DNA of 64,000 nt from Balanoglossus misakiensis (lineage: Eukaryota; Animalia; Hemichordata). Positions 1 to 13,469 of this stretch are shown here, piece after piece; the stretch's first letter is position 1, and each line of letters starts with the position of its first letter. The notes under the pieces were generated by a model that was not told the DNA's origin, ran no database searches, and saw only the letters and a program-made list of their open reading frames with translations. Where the stretch lies: assembly GCA_040954595.2 (NCBI GenBank), contig CM082586.2, positions 10,509,337 to 10,573,336 on the forward strand, written 5' to 3'. The translations under genes were made by a program, and so were the position numbers.

Positions 1-3000
1 AAAATCTCAACATTTCGTCGATTTTTGAAAAAAATCATGGGTGAAAATCATCAAAAAATGACAAATTTTCGACTTTGCAAAATCTCAACATTTCGTCGAT
101 TTTTGAAAAAAATCATGGGTGAAAATCATCAAAAAATGACAAATTTTCGACTTTGCAAAATCTCAAAATTTCGTCAATTTATGAAAAAATCATGGGTGAA
201 AATCATCAAAAAATGACAAATTTTCGTCTTTGCAAAATCTCAAAATTTCGTCGGTTTTTGAAAAATAATATGGGTGAAAATCATCAAAAAATGACAAATT
301 TTTGACTGCAAAATCTCAACATTTCGTCGATTTTTGAAAAAAATCATGGGTGAAAATCATCAAAAAATGACAAATTTTCGACTTTGCAAAAACTCAACAT
401 TTCGTCGATTTTTGAAAAAAATCATGGGTGAAAATCATCAAAAAATGACAAATTTTCGACTTTGCAAATGCTCAAAATTTCGTCCATTTTTGAAAAAAAA
501 TCATGGGTAAAAATCATCAAAAATGACAAATTTTCGACTGCAAAATCTCAACATTTCGTCGATTTTTGAAAAAAATCATGGGTGAAAATCATCAAAAAAT
601 GACAAATTTTCGACTTTGCAAAATCTCAACATTTCGTCGATTTTTGAAAAAAATCATGGGTGAAAATCATCAAAAAATGACAAATTTTCGACTTTGCAAA
701 ATCTCAACATTTCGTCGATTTTTGAAAAAAATCATGGGTGAAAATCATCAAAAAATGACAAATTTTCGACTTTGCAAAATCTCAAAATTTCGTCAATTTA
801 TGAAAAAATCATGGGTGAAAATCATCAAAAAATGACAAATTTTCGTCTTTGCAAAATCTCAAAATTTCGTCGATTTTTGAAAAAAATCATAGGTGAAAAT
901 AATAAAAAAATGACAAATTTTCGACTTTGCAAAAGCTCAAAATTTCGTCCATTTTTGAAAAAAAATCATGGGTAAAAATCATCAAAAAATGACAAATTTA
1001 CGACTGTAAAATCTCAACATTTCGTCGATTTTTGAAAAAAATCATGGGTGAAAATCATCAAAAAATGACAAATTTTCGACTTTGCAAAATCTCAACATTT
1101 CGTCGATTTTTGAAAAAAATCATAGGTGAAAATCATCAAAAAATGACAAATTTTTGACTGCAAAATCTCAAAATTTCGTCGATTTTTGAAAAAAAACATG
1201 GGGGAAAATCATTAAAAATGACAAATTTTCGACTGCAAAAAATCAACATTTCGTCGATTTTTGAAAAAAATCATGGGTGAAAATCATCAAAAAATGACAA
1301 ATTTTCGACTTTGCAAAATCTCAACATTTCGTCGATTTTGGAAAAAAATCATAGGTGAAAATCATCAAAAAATGACAAATTTTCGACTTTGCAAATGCTC
1401 AACATTTCGTCGATTTTTGAAAAAAATCATGGGTGAAAATCATCAAAAAATGACAAATTTTCGACTTTGCAAAATCTCAACATTTCGTCGATTTTTGAAA
1501 AAAATCATGGGTGAAAATCATCAAAAAATGACAAATTTTCGACTTTGCAAAATCTCAAAATTTCGTCAATTTATGAAAAAATCATGGGTGAAAATCATCA
1601 AAAAATGACAAATTTTCGTCTTTGCAAAATCTCAAAATTTCGTCGATTTTTGAAAAAAATCATAGGTGAAAATAATAAAAAAAATGACAAATTTTCGACT
1701 TTGCAAAAGCTCAAAATTTCGTCCATTTTTGAAAAAAAATCATGGGTAAAAATCATCAAAAAATGACAAATTTACGACTGTAAAATCTCAACATTTCGTC
1801 GATTTTTGAAAAAAATCATGGGTGAAAATCATCAAAAAATGACAAATTTTCGACTTTGCAAAATCTCAACATTTCGTCGATTTTTGAAAAAAATCATAGG
1901 TGAAAATCATCAAAAAATGACAAATTTTTGACTGCAAAATCTCAAAATTTCGTCGATTTTTGAAAAAAAACATGGGGGAAAATCATTAAAAATGACAAAT
2001 TTTCGACTGCAAAATCTCAACATTTCGTCGATTTTTGAAAAAAATCATGGGTGAAAATCATCAAAAAATGACAAATTTTCGACTTTGCAAAATCTCAACA
2101 TTTCGTCGATTTTGGAAAAAAATCATAGGTGAAAATCATCAAAAAATGACAAATTTTCGACTTTGCAAATGCTCAACATTTCGTCGATTTTTGAAAAAAA
2201 TCATGGGTGAAAATCATCAAAAAATGACAAATTTTCGACTTTGCAAAATCTCAACATTTCGTCGATTTTTGAAAAAAATCATGGGTGAAAATCATCAAAA
2301 AATGACAAATTTTCGACTTTGCAAAATCTCAAAATTTCGTCAATTTATGAAAAAATCATGGGTGAAAATCATCAAAAAATGACAAATTTTCGTCTTTGCA
2401 AAATCTCAAAATTTCGTCGATTTTTGAAAAAAATCATAGGTGAAAATAATAAAAAAATGACAAATTTTCGACTTTGCAAAAGCTCAAAATTTCGTCCATT
2501 TTTGAAAAAAAATCATGGGTAAAAATCATCAAAAAATGACAAATTTTTGACTGCAAAATCTCAAAATTTCGTCGATTTTTGAAAAAAAACATGGGGGAAA
2601 ATCATTAAAAATGACAAATTTTCGACTGCAAAATCTCAACATTTCGTCGATTTTTGAAAAAAATCATGGGTGAAAATCATCAAAAAATGACAAATTTTCG
2701 ACTTTGCAAAATCTCAACATTTCGTCGATTTTGGAAAAAAATCATAGGTGAAAATCATCAAAAAATGACAAATTTTCGACTTTGCAAATGCTCAACATTT
2801 CGTCGATTTTTGAAAAAAATCATGGGTGAAAATCATCAAAAAATGACAAATTTTCGACTTTGCAAAATCTCAACATTTCGTCGATTTTTGAAAAAAATCA
2901 TGGGTGAAAATCATCAAAAAATGACAAATTTTCGACTTTGCAAAATCTCAAAATTTCGTCAATTTATGAAAAAATCATGGGTGAAAATCATCAAAAAATG

Positions 3001-5372
3001 ACAAATTTTCGTCTTTGCAAAATCTCAAAATTTCGTCGATTTTTGAAAAAAATCATAGGTGAAAATAATAAAAAAATGACAAATTTTCGACTTTGCAAAA
3101 GCTCAAAATTTCGTCCATTTTTGAAAAAAAATCATGGGTAAAAATCATCAAAAAATGACAAATTTACGACTGTAAAATCTCAACATTTCGTCGATTTTTG
3201 AAAAAAATCATGGGTGAAAATCATCAAAAAATGACAAATTTTCGACTTTGCAAAATCTCAACATTTCGTCGATTTTTGAAAAAAATCATAGGTGAAAATC
3301 ATCAAAAAATGACAAATTTTTGACTGCAAAATCTCAAAATTTCGTCGATTTTTGAAAAAAAACATGGGGGAAAATCATTAAAAAATGACAAATTTTCGAC
3401 TGCAAAATCTCAACATTTCGTCGATTTTTGAAAAAAATCATGGGTGAAAATCATCAAAAAATGACAAATTTTCGACTTTGCAAAATCTCAACATTTCGTC
3501 GATTTTTGAAAAAAATCATAGGTGAAAATCATCAAAAAATGACAAATTTTCGACTTTGCAAATGCTCAAAATTTCGTCCATTTTTGAAAAAAAATCATGG
3601 GTAAAAATCATCAAAAATGACAAATTTTCGACTGCAAAATCTCAACATTTCGTCGATTTTTGAAAAAAATCATGGGTGAAAATCATCAAAAAATGACAAA
3701 TTTTCGACTTTGCAAAAACTCAACATTTCGTCGATTTTTGAAAAAAATCATGGGTAAAAATCATCAAAAAATGACAAATTTACGACTGTAAAATCTCAAC
3801 ATTTCGTCGATTTTTGAAAAAAATCATGGGTGAAAATCATCAAAAAATGACAAATTTTCGACTTTGCAAAATCTCAACATTTCGTCGATTTTTGAAAAAA
3901 ATCATAGGTGAAAATCATCAAAAAATGACAAATTTTTGACTGCAAAATCTCAAAATTTCGTCGATTTTTGAAAAAAAACATGGGGGAAAATCATTAAAAA
4001 ATGACAAATTTTCGACTGCAAAATCTCAACATTTCGTCGATTTTTGAAAAAAATCATGGGTGAAAATCATCAAAAAATGACAAATTTTCGACTTTGCAAA
4101 ATCTCAACATTTCGTCGATTTTTGAAAAAAATCATAGGTGAAAATCATCAAAAAATGACAAATTTTCGACTTTGCAAATGCTCAAAATTTCGTCCATTTT
4201 TGAAAAAAAATCATGGGTAAAAATCATCAAAAATGACAAATTTTCGACTGCAAAATCTCAACATTTCGTCGATTTTTGAAAAAAATCATGGGTGAAAATC
4301 ATCAAAAAATGACAAATTTTCGACTTTGCAAAAACTCAACATTTCGTCGATTTTTGAAAAAAATCATGGGTGAAAATCATCAAAAAATGACAAATTTTCG
4401 ACTTTGCAAATGCTCAAAATTTCGTCCATTTTTGAAAAAAATCATGGGTAAAAATCATCAAAAATGACAAATTTTCGACTGCAAAATCTCAACATTTCGT
4501 CGATTTTTGAAAAAAATCATAGGTGAAAATCATCAAAAAATGACAAATTTTCGACTTTGCAAAATCTCAACATTTCGTCGATTTTTGAAAAAAATCATAG
4601 GTGAAAATCATCAAAAAATGACAAATTTTCGACTTTGCAAATGCTCAAAATTTCGTCCATTTTTGAAAAAAAATCATGGGTAAAAATCATCAAAAATGAC
4701 AAATTTTCGACTGCAAAATCTCAACATTTCGTCGATTTTTGAAAAAAATCATGGGTGAAAATCATCAAAAAATGACAAATTTTCGACTTTGCAAATGCTC
4801 AAAATTTCGTCCATTTTTGAAAAAAATCATGGGTAAAAATCATCAAAAATGACAAATTTTCGACTGCAAAATCTCAACATTTCGTCGATTTTTGAAAAAA
4901 ATCATAGGTGAAAATCATCAAAAAATGACAAATTTTCGACTTTGCAAAATCTCAACATTTCGTCGATTTTTGAAAAAAATCATGGGTGAAAATCATCAAA
5001 AAATGACAAATTTTCGACTTTGCAAAATCTCAACATTTCGTCGATTTTTGAAAAAAATCATGGGTGAAAATCATCAAAAAATGACAAATTTTCGACTTTG
5101 CAAAATCTCAAAATTTCGTCAATTTATGAAAAAATCATGGGTGAAAATCATCAAAAAATGACAAATTTTCGTCTTTGCAAAATCTCAAAATTTCGTCGGT
5201 TTTTGAAAAATAATATGGGTGAAAATCATCAAAAAATGACAAATTTTTGACTGCAAAATCTCAAAATTTCGTCGATTTTTGAAAAAAAACATGGGGGAAA
5301 ATCATCAAAAAATGACAAATTTTCGACTTTGCAAAATCTCAAAATTTCATCGATTTTTGAAAAAAATCATGG
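1..5372. repeat. 78-bp satellite array (about 69 monomers; 75-79 bp variants), runs off the left edge of the window
   Basis: Tandem monomer AAAATCTCAACATTTCGTCGATTTTTGAAAAAAATCATGGGTGAAAATCATCAAAAAATGACAAATTTTCGACTTTGC read directly. Identical ORF-track peptides recur at 774 bp (1261/2035) and 619 bp (2035/2654), showing higher-order repeats. Confidence 0.98.
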
Positions 5373-5854
5373 CAGGTGTCAAAGGTATCCCCCTGTATTT
5401 GGTATTTCATGATAGTTTCATCCCTCCAAATACCAAAGCTGCACCTGTACAACGGGATGAGATATGGCACTGTATGACAGAGGTCATCAAAATCACCTTA
5501 TACATTTGGGCAAAAACCAACTGACACTTACATTCGTCCCTGTGGAACAAAAACCACACCTATCGCCCTGTTGGTTAGTGTCCAATTAAATGTACAAAAT
5601 CAATGACTTAGGCAGGTGCAACAGGTGACCCCGCCTTTGGTATATCATTATGGTCCCATCCGTATATGCCCCCCTGTGACCGCCAAAGCTTTTCCGTAAT
5701 ATTCAAAAGTCAGAGTCGAGTTTCCATATACGGGTCTTCGGTTTATTATCGATAAATCGATCGAGCGATCGCCGAAAGCGACCGTACGAGACTGTACACA
5801 ATAGTCGAAAGACTTCGAAAGACGAGATGTGCGCAGACCTCGATGCGAATAGGC

Positions 5855-6020
5855 CAAATAGACCTCGAGAATGACCGAGACTGATTCGAATAGACCGAAT
5901 AAACCGTGGTACGAAAAGACCGAGTAAACCGAATAGTCTTAGACCGTAATAGACCTTGTCTCGAATAGACCAAGACCGAATGGTATAGACCGAGTAAACC
6001 GTAAACCGTAAAAACTGAAA
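5855..6020. repeat. Degenerate short-period repeat cluster (AGACCGA / AAACCG motifs)
   Basis: About a dozen AGACC/AAACCG motifs in about 165 bp; resembles subterminal repeats of a DNA transposon, family not identified. Confidence 0.55.
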
Positions 6021-6747
6021 CATAAATACAAATACAAAATGTCAAATCGAAAGAATTACATATACGAAAATCGAGAATGATTTCAATCGAAAACAGATAT
6101 GTGCCATCAGTGACAGTGTGCATTCAACGTCTTATAACTAAGCATGAATATACGGTGCTGGCATAATGTGAGTGTGGCCATACGATGCTTTCGCTATTAA
6201 TGAACAACTTGTACGTTAACAAATGCCAGTTTTGTTGGCAAAAAGTATGTTTTTGGCTTTTCACAACATTGAACATACATTCATAGTTCAATAACTTGTG
6301 AGTTGTGGACCTAAACGTTCATACGTTCAATGTTCTGGTGTTTTTTTAACGGAGCGATCGGTCACGATGTTACCAACGAGCATGTACAGTCTAAACTAAA
6401 TCCTCGTTGTGTATGTTTCTTTGTTTGTTTTTTGTTGTTTTTTACATGCTATTACATACAAATATGAAAAGTTTCATTTCAGTTATTCATTAAAATGCAA
6501 ACATTTGCCAAAAAACATGTGAATAGACACCTCACAGGCCATAGTCGTATCATTAGCTTTCAATTGTCAATTTTAGCATGACATCGTGAGTAATTGAGCT
6601 AATTTTGCATATTTTCCATGCTGCACCTTGTCTGACAAGGTAATCGATTGCATATTTGAATTCCTTGACCCTGAAAACATTGCAATAGACACCTCATTAA
6701 CACTGTTGGCTCTCTTTTGTAGACCATTGATTTTAGATGGGCGTGTC

Positions 6748-7458
6748 ACCTAATTAACATAAATTAGCATTTTTACCAATTCACCAAACGTTTCTAAATT
6801 TAAAAAATGCTTAAAATATTTAAATGAATATAAGAATATGATTTCAATAGACTATTATGGTGTTGACCTGTGATATTGCACCATAATGGCTACAAACAGC
6901 GTTTTCTTTTAGGTATTTTGAAATTATGACGTCACAAATTAATTTGCCATTTTCGACATGAAAACGTGAAAAGAATTTTTGGGAACAGGCAAATTCGAAA
7001 TCAGCGTATTCGAAATATCCAAAAACAACTTGTTCCCAGCTTGTACCAAAAAAATGAATGACATGCTTTTAAAATGCTCATTTTCTGAAATTTCCACCTG
7101 GACCTAATTAACATAAATTAGCATTTTACCAATTCACAAAATGTTTCTAAATTAAAAAAATTGTTTAAAAATATTTAAATGAATATAAGAATATGATTTC
7201 AATAGACTATTATGGTGTTGACCTGTGATATTGCGCCATAATGGCTACAAACAGCGTTTTCTTTTAGGTATTTTGAAATTATGACGTCACAAATTAATTT
7301 GCCATTTTCGACATGAAAACGTGAAAAGAATTTTTGGGAACAGGCAACTTCGAAATCAGCGTATTCGAAATATCCAAAAACAACTTGTTCCCAGCTTGTA
7401 CCAAAAAATGCCTGACATGCTTTTAAAATGCTCATTTTCTGAAATTTCCACCTGACTA
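6748..7458. repeat. Tandem duplication, 2 x about 354 bp, of a DNA-transposon-end-like sequence (tentatively Academ-like, TAG-terminal)
   Basis: ACCTAATTAACATAAATTAGCAT starts at 6748 and 7102; the copies are highly similar throughout. The reverse complement of the end reads TAGTCAGGTGGAAATTTCAGAAAATGAGC. The family assignment is from recall and is tentative. Confidence 0.75.
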
Positions 7459-7601
7459 AACGTTCGACCACACACACCTTTCATCCCACATGCAGACACG
7501 AGAGTGAAAAACTCGCCAAAATGAATAATCGGTCTCTACCGTTTATTCATTTGGGCGAGATTTTGACTCTCATATCCTACAAACATGTGTGGTCGAACGT
7601 T
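7459..7601. mobile_element. 143-bp palindromic (foldback) MITE-like element
   Basis: 16-bp perfect TIR AACGTTCGACCACACA (7459-7474) / TGTGTGGTCGAACGTT (7586-7601), plus an inner imperfect palindrome GAGAGTGAAAAACTCGCCAAAATGAATAATCGGT-ctct-ACCGTTTATTCATTTGGGCGAGATTTTTGACTCTC. Confidence 0.7.
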
Positions 7602-8489
7602 GATTCACTATATATACACAGGGTGTGTTGAATCAAACATAATCAATGGAAAGGGGGCAGCGAGAGAGAGACTTTGTCCCTTTAAGGAAAAAATTAATTA
7701 ATTAGGCCTATGTAATCATCATAAGGCAGTATGTGCCTCTGGACAGACTTGACAAAATGATAATGCTCCAAACCTTTCTATTCTTTTGTGAGGAGAGATT
7801 TGTTATCAAATAATAATATTCACATCTTGTTATCATAGAAATCATGAAAGCACTTTTTGATTCAAAAAGTATAATTTGATGTAGCCCTAGAATGTATCTT
7901 CTGCCAATTCTTTACTATTAAACACGTGATCTGGCCATGTAACCCACGGCGTTGTCATTTTCAGATATTTCGGCAAAAGTTTTTCGGAGTATGTTTTTAC
8001 TTTATAACCGCCAAATACACAACATGTATCAGGTATGGGGCCTCATCAACCTCATTGCATTTCGTCTGCACAGTATTTGTCTGCACCACGTTGCTGAAGT
8101 TGCCCGTCATCTGGAAATTTGAATGCCAACGTAACTGCCGTCTGAGCACGTCTGACATCATTTGATATCGAAGAATCTTTCCCTTTTTGTGCAAAATCAC
8201 ATGAGTCTGAGAAGGCGAAATGTTTATTCCCCTGAATAACTGAACCCATTGCTAACACATAATACTAAATCGGTTCGACTTAACTTTCCCTTTAAGGCGT
8301 TCAAAATAACGCACAACGTATCAAAAACATGCAAAGTAATACACATGATATACAGCACCATCTTAACTCATTTTTGATGTTTGAAATAATTTGCACAATT
8401 TCTACCCTCCTTATTCACAGATATCAACGGGCTGCCTGCGGATTCAAGGTTGTTAGGTCCCATTGGTATAGGCATATATACCATGGGAC

Positions 8490-8760
8490 CTTATGGGATC
8501 GGTTGCGTCTGCATGTATTTATGTATGTATGTATGTATGTATGGATGTATGTCTGTATGTCCGTCCACATCAAAAACTTGAAAACCACTGCGTGTATCAC
8601 CTTGATATTTGGTGTGCCAGATGCAGGCTGGGCTGTAGATGGGAGTTTGTTCAAATGAAATTGTCATTGCCCAAAATATGCAAATTAGATGGAAAATGTG
8701 AATTTGGTCATAACTCAGTAACCCAAGAACTACTGGTCAGATTGCTTTGCGAAGTGGTGT
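8490..8760 (+). mobile_element. Helentron/HINE (DINE-1/pearl-like) non-autonomous element fragment
   Basis: (TATG)n/TCTG/TCCG microsatellite followed by AAAACTTGAAAACCACTG...CTTGATATTTGGTGTG, the layout typical of these elements. Boundaries approximate. Confidence 0.45.
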
Positions 8761-8920
8761 GTATTTACTTTATTTTGTTGTTTATATACACAGCAAATTC
8801 CTGAATGATTACATAACTGGCTAAGTTTTAAAGAGGCCAGCTGTTCTATTTAGTGTATGTACAGTACATATGCCATTGGTAGCTTATGGGTCAGTCAGTG
8901 CTCGCCCATTGATCTCTTGC

Positions 8921-9008
8921 TGTGTGTGTATGTGTGTGTATGTGTGTGTGTGTGTGTGCGTGAGTGTGTTTGTTTGTGTGTGTGTGTGTGTCTGTCTGTC
9001 TGTCTGTA
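8921..9008. repeat. (TG)n/(TCTG)n compound microsatellite
   Basis: Directly visible interrupted TG run ending in TCTG repeats. Confidence 0.9.
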
Positions 9009-9769
9009 TATGGCCATATACTCCGGTGTAGACTTTTTCTTGTGTATTCCCTCAATGGGACCACTGTGTCCTTGACGCGATTTTTTGTTCAACGAATGAA
9101 ATGAGGAAGTGACGCAATTTCCGGTTGATAGCCAGCATTGTGTCTATTATAGTGAAAGTCAGATCTCATAAAAGGGAACTTATCAAACAAGGGTAATACA
9201 TACAATGAAAATAACGCTGCATCAACAAATACCTAAAGTGAGGTCCGCATTTTACGGGAGATGTTGCCATTAAAATTGAAATTCGAGTAATGGAGATATC
9301 ATCGCTTTATATATGTCTTTTAGATTACTGTACTTCATTCAGCTATGTTTAACTGCCCAGTTGATGGCAAATACCATTTTGGATATATATTTTTTTCTTT
9401 GTGAAATAAATATCGATGAACAAACCTTTAACATGAAAAGAATTGCCCTACCCATGGATTCGGGTTGAATTTGCCCATATAACGATATAAGGTTTCATAG
9501 AAAAGGTCCGATGGTAAACAACATGTTTGAATGAACCGCCCATACTACACGAAAAACTGTAACGTCACAATCACGTGATCTTTTGTTTACTCTAACAACA
9601 ACTAACTGCGCAAGTAACGTCACATTGTATGGGTACGTACCCATAAAATGTATTATTTCATTTTTTACATACTGAACCATGACAACTGACCAAGTCACTC
9701 ACGAGTTGTTTTATTTTGGCAAGTAAAGTATTAAACAAGTTTATTGTTCAGCTCAAAAATATACATGTC

Positions 9770-10505
9770 AAGTTTGCAGCTGCCTATGGATTTGAACATG
9801 TCACATCAAGTCCAAGATACCCCAAATCTAATGGCATGGCAGAAAATGCAGTCAAAAGTGCAAATTTATCGCTTATGAAGAAAGCCAAGCGAAATAACAA
9901 GGATCCATATTTAGCTCTGCTGGATCATAGAAACATACCACGTGACAGTCAGTTGGGATCACCTGGGCAGAGACTCATGGGTAGGAGAACCAAAAACACT
10001 CTTTCCAACCAGCGAGATTTTGCTGAAGCCCAAACAAGTTGAGAATGTAAAGCCAAGCCTAGAAACATTGAAACAAAGACAGAAATAATATCATGACCAG
10101 CATGCCAAACATCTGCCCAGTTTATCAAACGATGAGTTTGTGAGGATGAAGACACCCAAAGGATGGAAACCAGCAGTTGTACAGTCCAGAGCAAATACAC
10201 CACGATCATATATTGTCGAGTCAGATGGACACATGTACCGTAGAAACCGCCGTGACCAGGAAAACAAAAGAAATGCCAGTTGTTCCAGATGTCGCTGATG
10301 ACCACCTGCTTGTAAAGCATTGTCAACCACCTGCTGTTGAAGAAACTACGCCAGATGTAAAACCTCTCAAAGAGATGACGGTAACCAATCCTAACTCGGT
10401 TTGTAGCAGTATGACGCAAGCAGATGCCACAGGCAACCAGTCAGTGAAAACCACTTCCAGAGGACGCGTTGTGAGAAGACCAGTAAGATTCCAGGACTAT
10501 GTAGA
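9770..10505 (+). pseudogene. Ty3/Gypsy integrase C-terminal remnant (frameshifted)
   Basis: FAAAYGFEHVTSSPRYPKSNGMAENAVK (third catalytic E region) and DPYLALLDHRN...SPGQRLMGRR. After a frameshift come GWKPAVV...TPRSYIVESDGHMYRRNRR and the terminal SRGRVVRRPVRFQDY motif. No RT or LTR attached. Confidence 0.88.
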
Positions 10506-10519
10506 CACTCAATGTGGAA

Positions 10520-11510
10520 AGAACTGATTTCGGAGTTTGTTGAAAGAAATACACGAACATCGCGAACATCGCACACATACACATGCACATACTACTTCTC
10601 CAGCGACGATGCAGACAGCAGACATGGCGACGGGAAGAAACAGGTAGAGAAACGGAACGCTCCGCGCACGAGGACGAGGAACAGGCTTCTCCAGCCATCG
10701 ACTACCGCCAGGACAAAAGGTAAAAGAATAAAAAGTGGCGCCAAGAGGAAACCAACAGACAGGGTTCTCATGTACATACCATGGCCACACAAATAAATCC
10801 GAGACCCCAACCCGCACAAACCAGAGGCAATTACTTATGATGAATTGACTTTACCACAGCTGGTATCGGGTGAACTGAATCTATCTATATATCTACCTTA
10901 CTGGCCAACTTCAACATATTGAAGGCTTTGCCAGTGAGTGCACCCTATAGTACAGGACATCAAAAATGTCAGTTTTCTGGTTTGGTGAAGTGTAGTGCCA
11001 AAGAAGATTTGAAGGATTCATGTGACATCATATTAGGGATGAGTTTAGATAATGCTTCCACTGTCAATCGTTTAGCAAACTTGCAAAACATTGTCACTGA
11101 CGCTCAGTTGTATTCTTGGGAGAGGGTCCGTAAATACCAATCAATAATTATTTTACAATACCTTGAGCAGGGGTTGTTGGTGTGGGGCGACGATTTTGAC
11201 AACCTGCATACCAGATTCGTCAGAAACCCTCCCCAAATTAGTGTGGATCAACCAGTTAAGCCTAGCGCTAAGAAAAACCGTCACTCTCGCTATTGCTCTG
11301 CCTTTCAAGATCACAAATGTAGCCAAATCTCTGATCATGTAGTGGAGGGCAAATTGGAAAAGCATGTCTGCTCCGCCTGTTTGCGCTTTAGGCATTAGGA
11401 AACACGGCATGCTTCCACAGATTGCCCCTTTAACGATAAAGAATTCAGGGACGAAACACCAAAAAAACCCAGGGAATGGCCTGCAGCACCAGGGGGAGAG
11501 GGGATTTTCC
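10520..11510 (+). pseudogene. Ngaro-like ORF1 (gag-like) remnant
   Basis: IPWPHK*...ITYDELTLPQLVSGEL; YSWERVRKYQSIILQYLEQGLLVWGD; C-terminal Cys/His knuckle YCSAFQDHKC...H...HVCSAC...H...CP. Confidence 0.7.
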
Positions 11511-11819
11511 AAGATGTAGCAGAATCTGGCTCATGTAACAGTATAGCTGATCAGCCTTTTTGTTATGTAGGTTTTTCACCTGACCTTTCAAACTTTGTAA
11601 ATGGTGTAGCTTTTGATGCTCACAATTTGTATTGCCACATTTCTGTACTTTTCGACTGTGCCCTCTCGCATCATGTTCTAGCAAAGGCTATATCAGGTAC
11701 CAAGACCTTCCAGTACCAGGAATTTTTAGTACCCACCGTTGTTGACACTCCACTTCTTCCAGTTATTCCGGCCTGGGTCCCCCCACACACGACTGATTGG
11801 CCCCCATGTTCGCCAGTTT

Positions 11820-13440
11820 CACACGAGTAGGTCCTACAAGCGCACAGGACAGTTTTCACTTCCGGAAAACCAAACTTTGCCGGAGTGCGTATCCCTGTTC
11901 CCATTGCACTAAACATTCCAGCATGGCGAGCCAGACTTCCTGACAGGCACAGCGGAATTATAGTTGACTTTCTTGAATTTGGTTGGCCCATCAATTTCAC
12001 TGGTAATTGCTTGCCACTTGCTAGCAGGCGCAACCATAGATCCGCCTTGCAATTTGCTCACCATGTTGATGCCTTCGTTAGCACTGAAGTTAGTCTAAAG
12101 GCCACCGCTGGACCATTCGCATCTAACCCACATACTATGCCAGTGGCTACTTCCCCGCTCTCCTCAGTCCCGAAGAAGGGGTCTCCGTATAGGCGTATTA
12201 TAATGGATCTCAGTTTTCCCATCTCTAGTTCTGTCAATGCAGGTTTTTCAGCATTGACCTTCCTGCAGCAGCCTTTCCAGCTCCGCTACCCCAATATTGA
12301 CACGCTGGTCGCGATTATCAGAGATTTGGGTCCCGGTTGTCTCTTGTTTAAACTAGACTTGAGTAGGGCTTACAGACAATTGCCAGTGGATCCCCACGAC
12401 TTTCACCTGTTGGGTTATACATGGCGAGATTCGCTCTTTATTGATCTCCGTTTGCCATTTGGGTTGCGCTCCGCGGCGCTTGCATGTCAGGCCACCACGA
12501 ACACCGTGATTGCCATGTACCATAATCTGGGTTTTCGCGCAGTCAATTATTTTGGATGACTTTTGCGGCGCAGACACCCCTATACGGGCCCAGTCCGCCT
12601 TTTTAGCTTTGCGGTCTCTTCTCTCTGAATTAGGTCTACAGGAAGCCTTTGGTCAAGCTGTAACCCCCACAACTTGTCTCTCGTTTTTAGTCACAGAGGA
12701 CAGGCTCACTGAGCTTTCAGAGCTTCTTGCTCATTGTTCAGGCAGGAAAAATGCCACTAGACGTCAGTTGCAGGTCCTTATCGGCAAGCTTTCATTTGTC
12801 TCTAGCTGTGTTCGTGCAGGCCGTCTTTTTATTAGCCGCATGCTTGACACGCTACGTTCTGTCCAGTCAGCGCGGCATCACATTTACTTAAACGTGCAGT
12901 TCCAGAAAGATATCAGTTGGTGGATCTCTTTTCTTAGGCAATATAACGGCGTTTCGATTATTCCGGAACTGGTCTGGTCCACACCTAACAGCGTTATTTG
13001 TACAGATGCTTGCCTTTCAGGATGTGGTGGAATCTCAGCCTCACAGTATTTCCATGCCCCATTCCCAGATTTTGTCTTGCAGCAGCAACAGCCTATCCAT
13101 TGCCTTGACATGCTCACCATCGTAGTGGCGGCCAGACTTTGGGGTGACAAATGGACAGGCCTGCGCATTCTAGTCATCAGCGACAACAGCAGCATGGTAC
13201 AGGTTCTTAACACCGGCCGCGGTCGCGACCCCTTTCTCATGTCAGCCGCGCGCGAACTTTGGTTTATTGCAGCGACACATCAGTTCGAGCTGAAAGCGCG
13301 CCTATCTTCCTGGCGCTCAGAACAGCATTGCCGATTGCTTGTCACGCTGGCATTTGGACCGCAAGTACCGCGACACCTTTGCCTCACTCACAGGAGATAA
13401 ACTTCTTGAAGAAACTCGTCCTTCAGAAGCATTGTTTTCA
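11820..13440 (+). pseudogene. Ngaro-like reverse transcriptase-RNase H pseudogene
   Basis: SGKPNFAGVRIPV, FLEFGWPI, RRIIMDLSFP, KLDLSRAYRQLP, LPFGLRSA. Catalytic Y-LDD is split by a 1-bp insertion (TAT-T-TTGGATGAC, about 12548-12560). RNase H motifs TDACLSGCGG, SDNSS and NSIADCLSR (last one frameshifted). Confidence 0.92.
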
Positions 13441-13469
13441 CTAAACGTCTTATTTTAATTTATTTGCAG

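Noticed and set aside
13-30. CENP-B box-like TTCG motif in the 78-bp satellite
   Set aside because: Lacks the A..CGGG half of the box.
25-5524. Repeated MKKIMGENHQK... ORFs
   Set aside because: The 78-bp monomer is a multiple of 3 and stop-free in one frame; frequent indel variants break the frame, so these are satellite artefacts.
7670-8295. Kolobok-like CCCTTTAA ends at about 7685 and about 8295
   Set aside because: Both are in the same orientation and no matching opposite TIR was identified; too weak to call.
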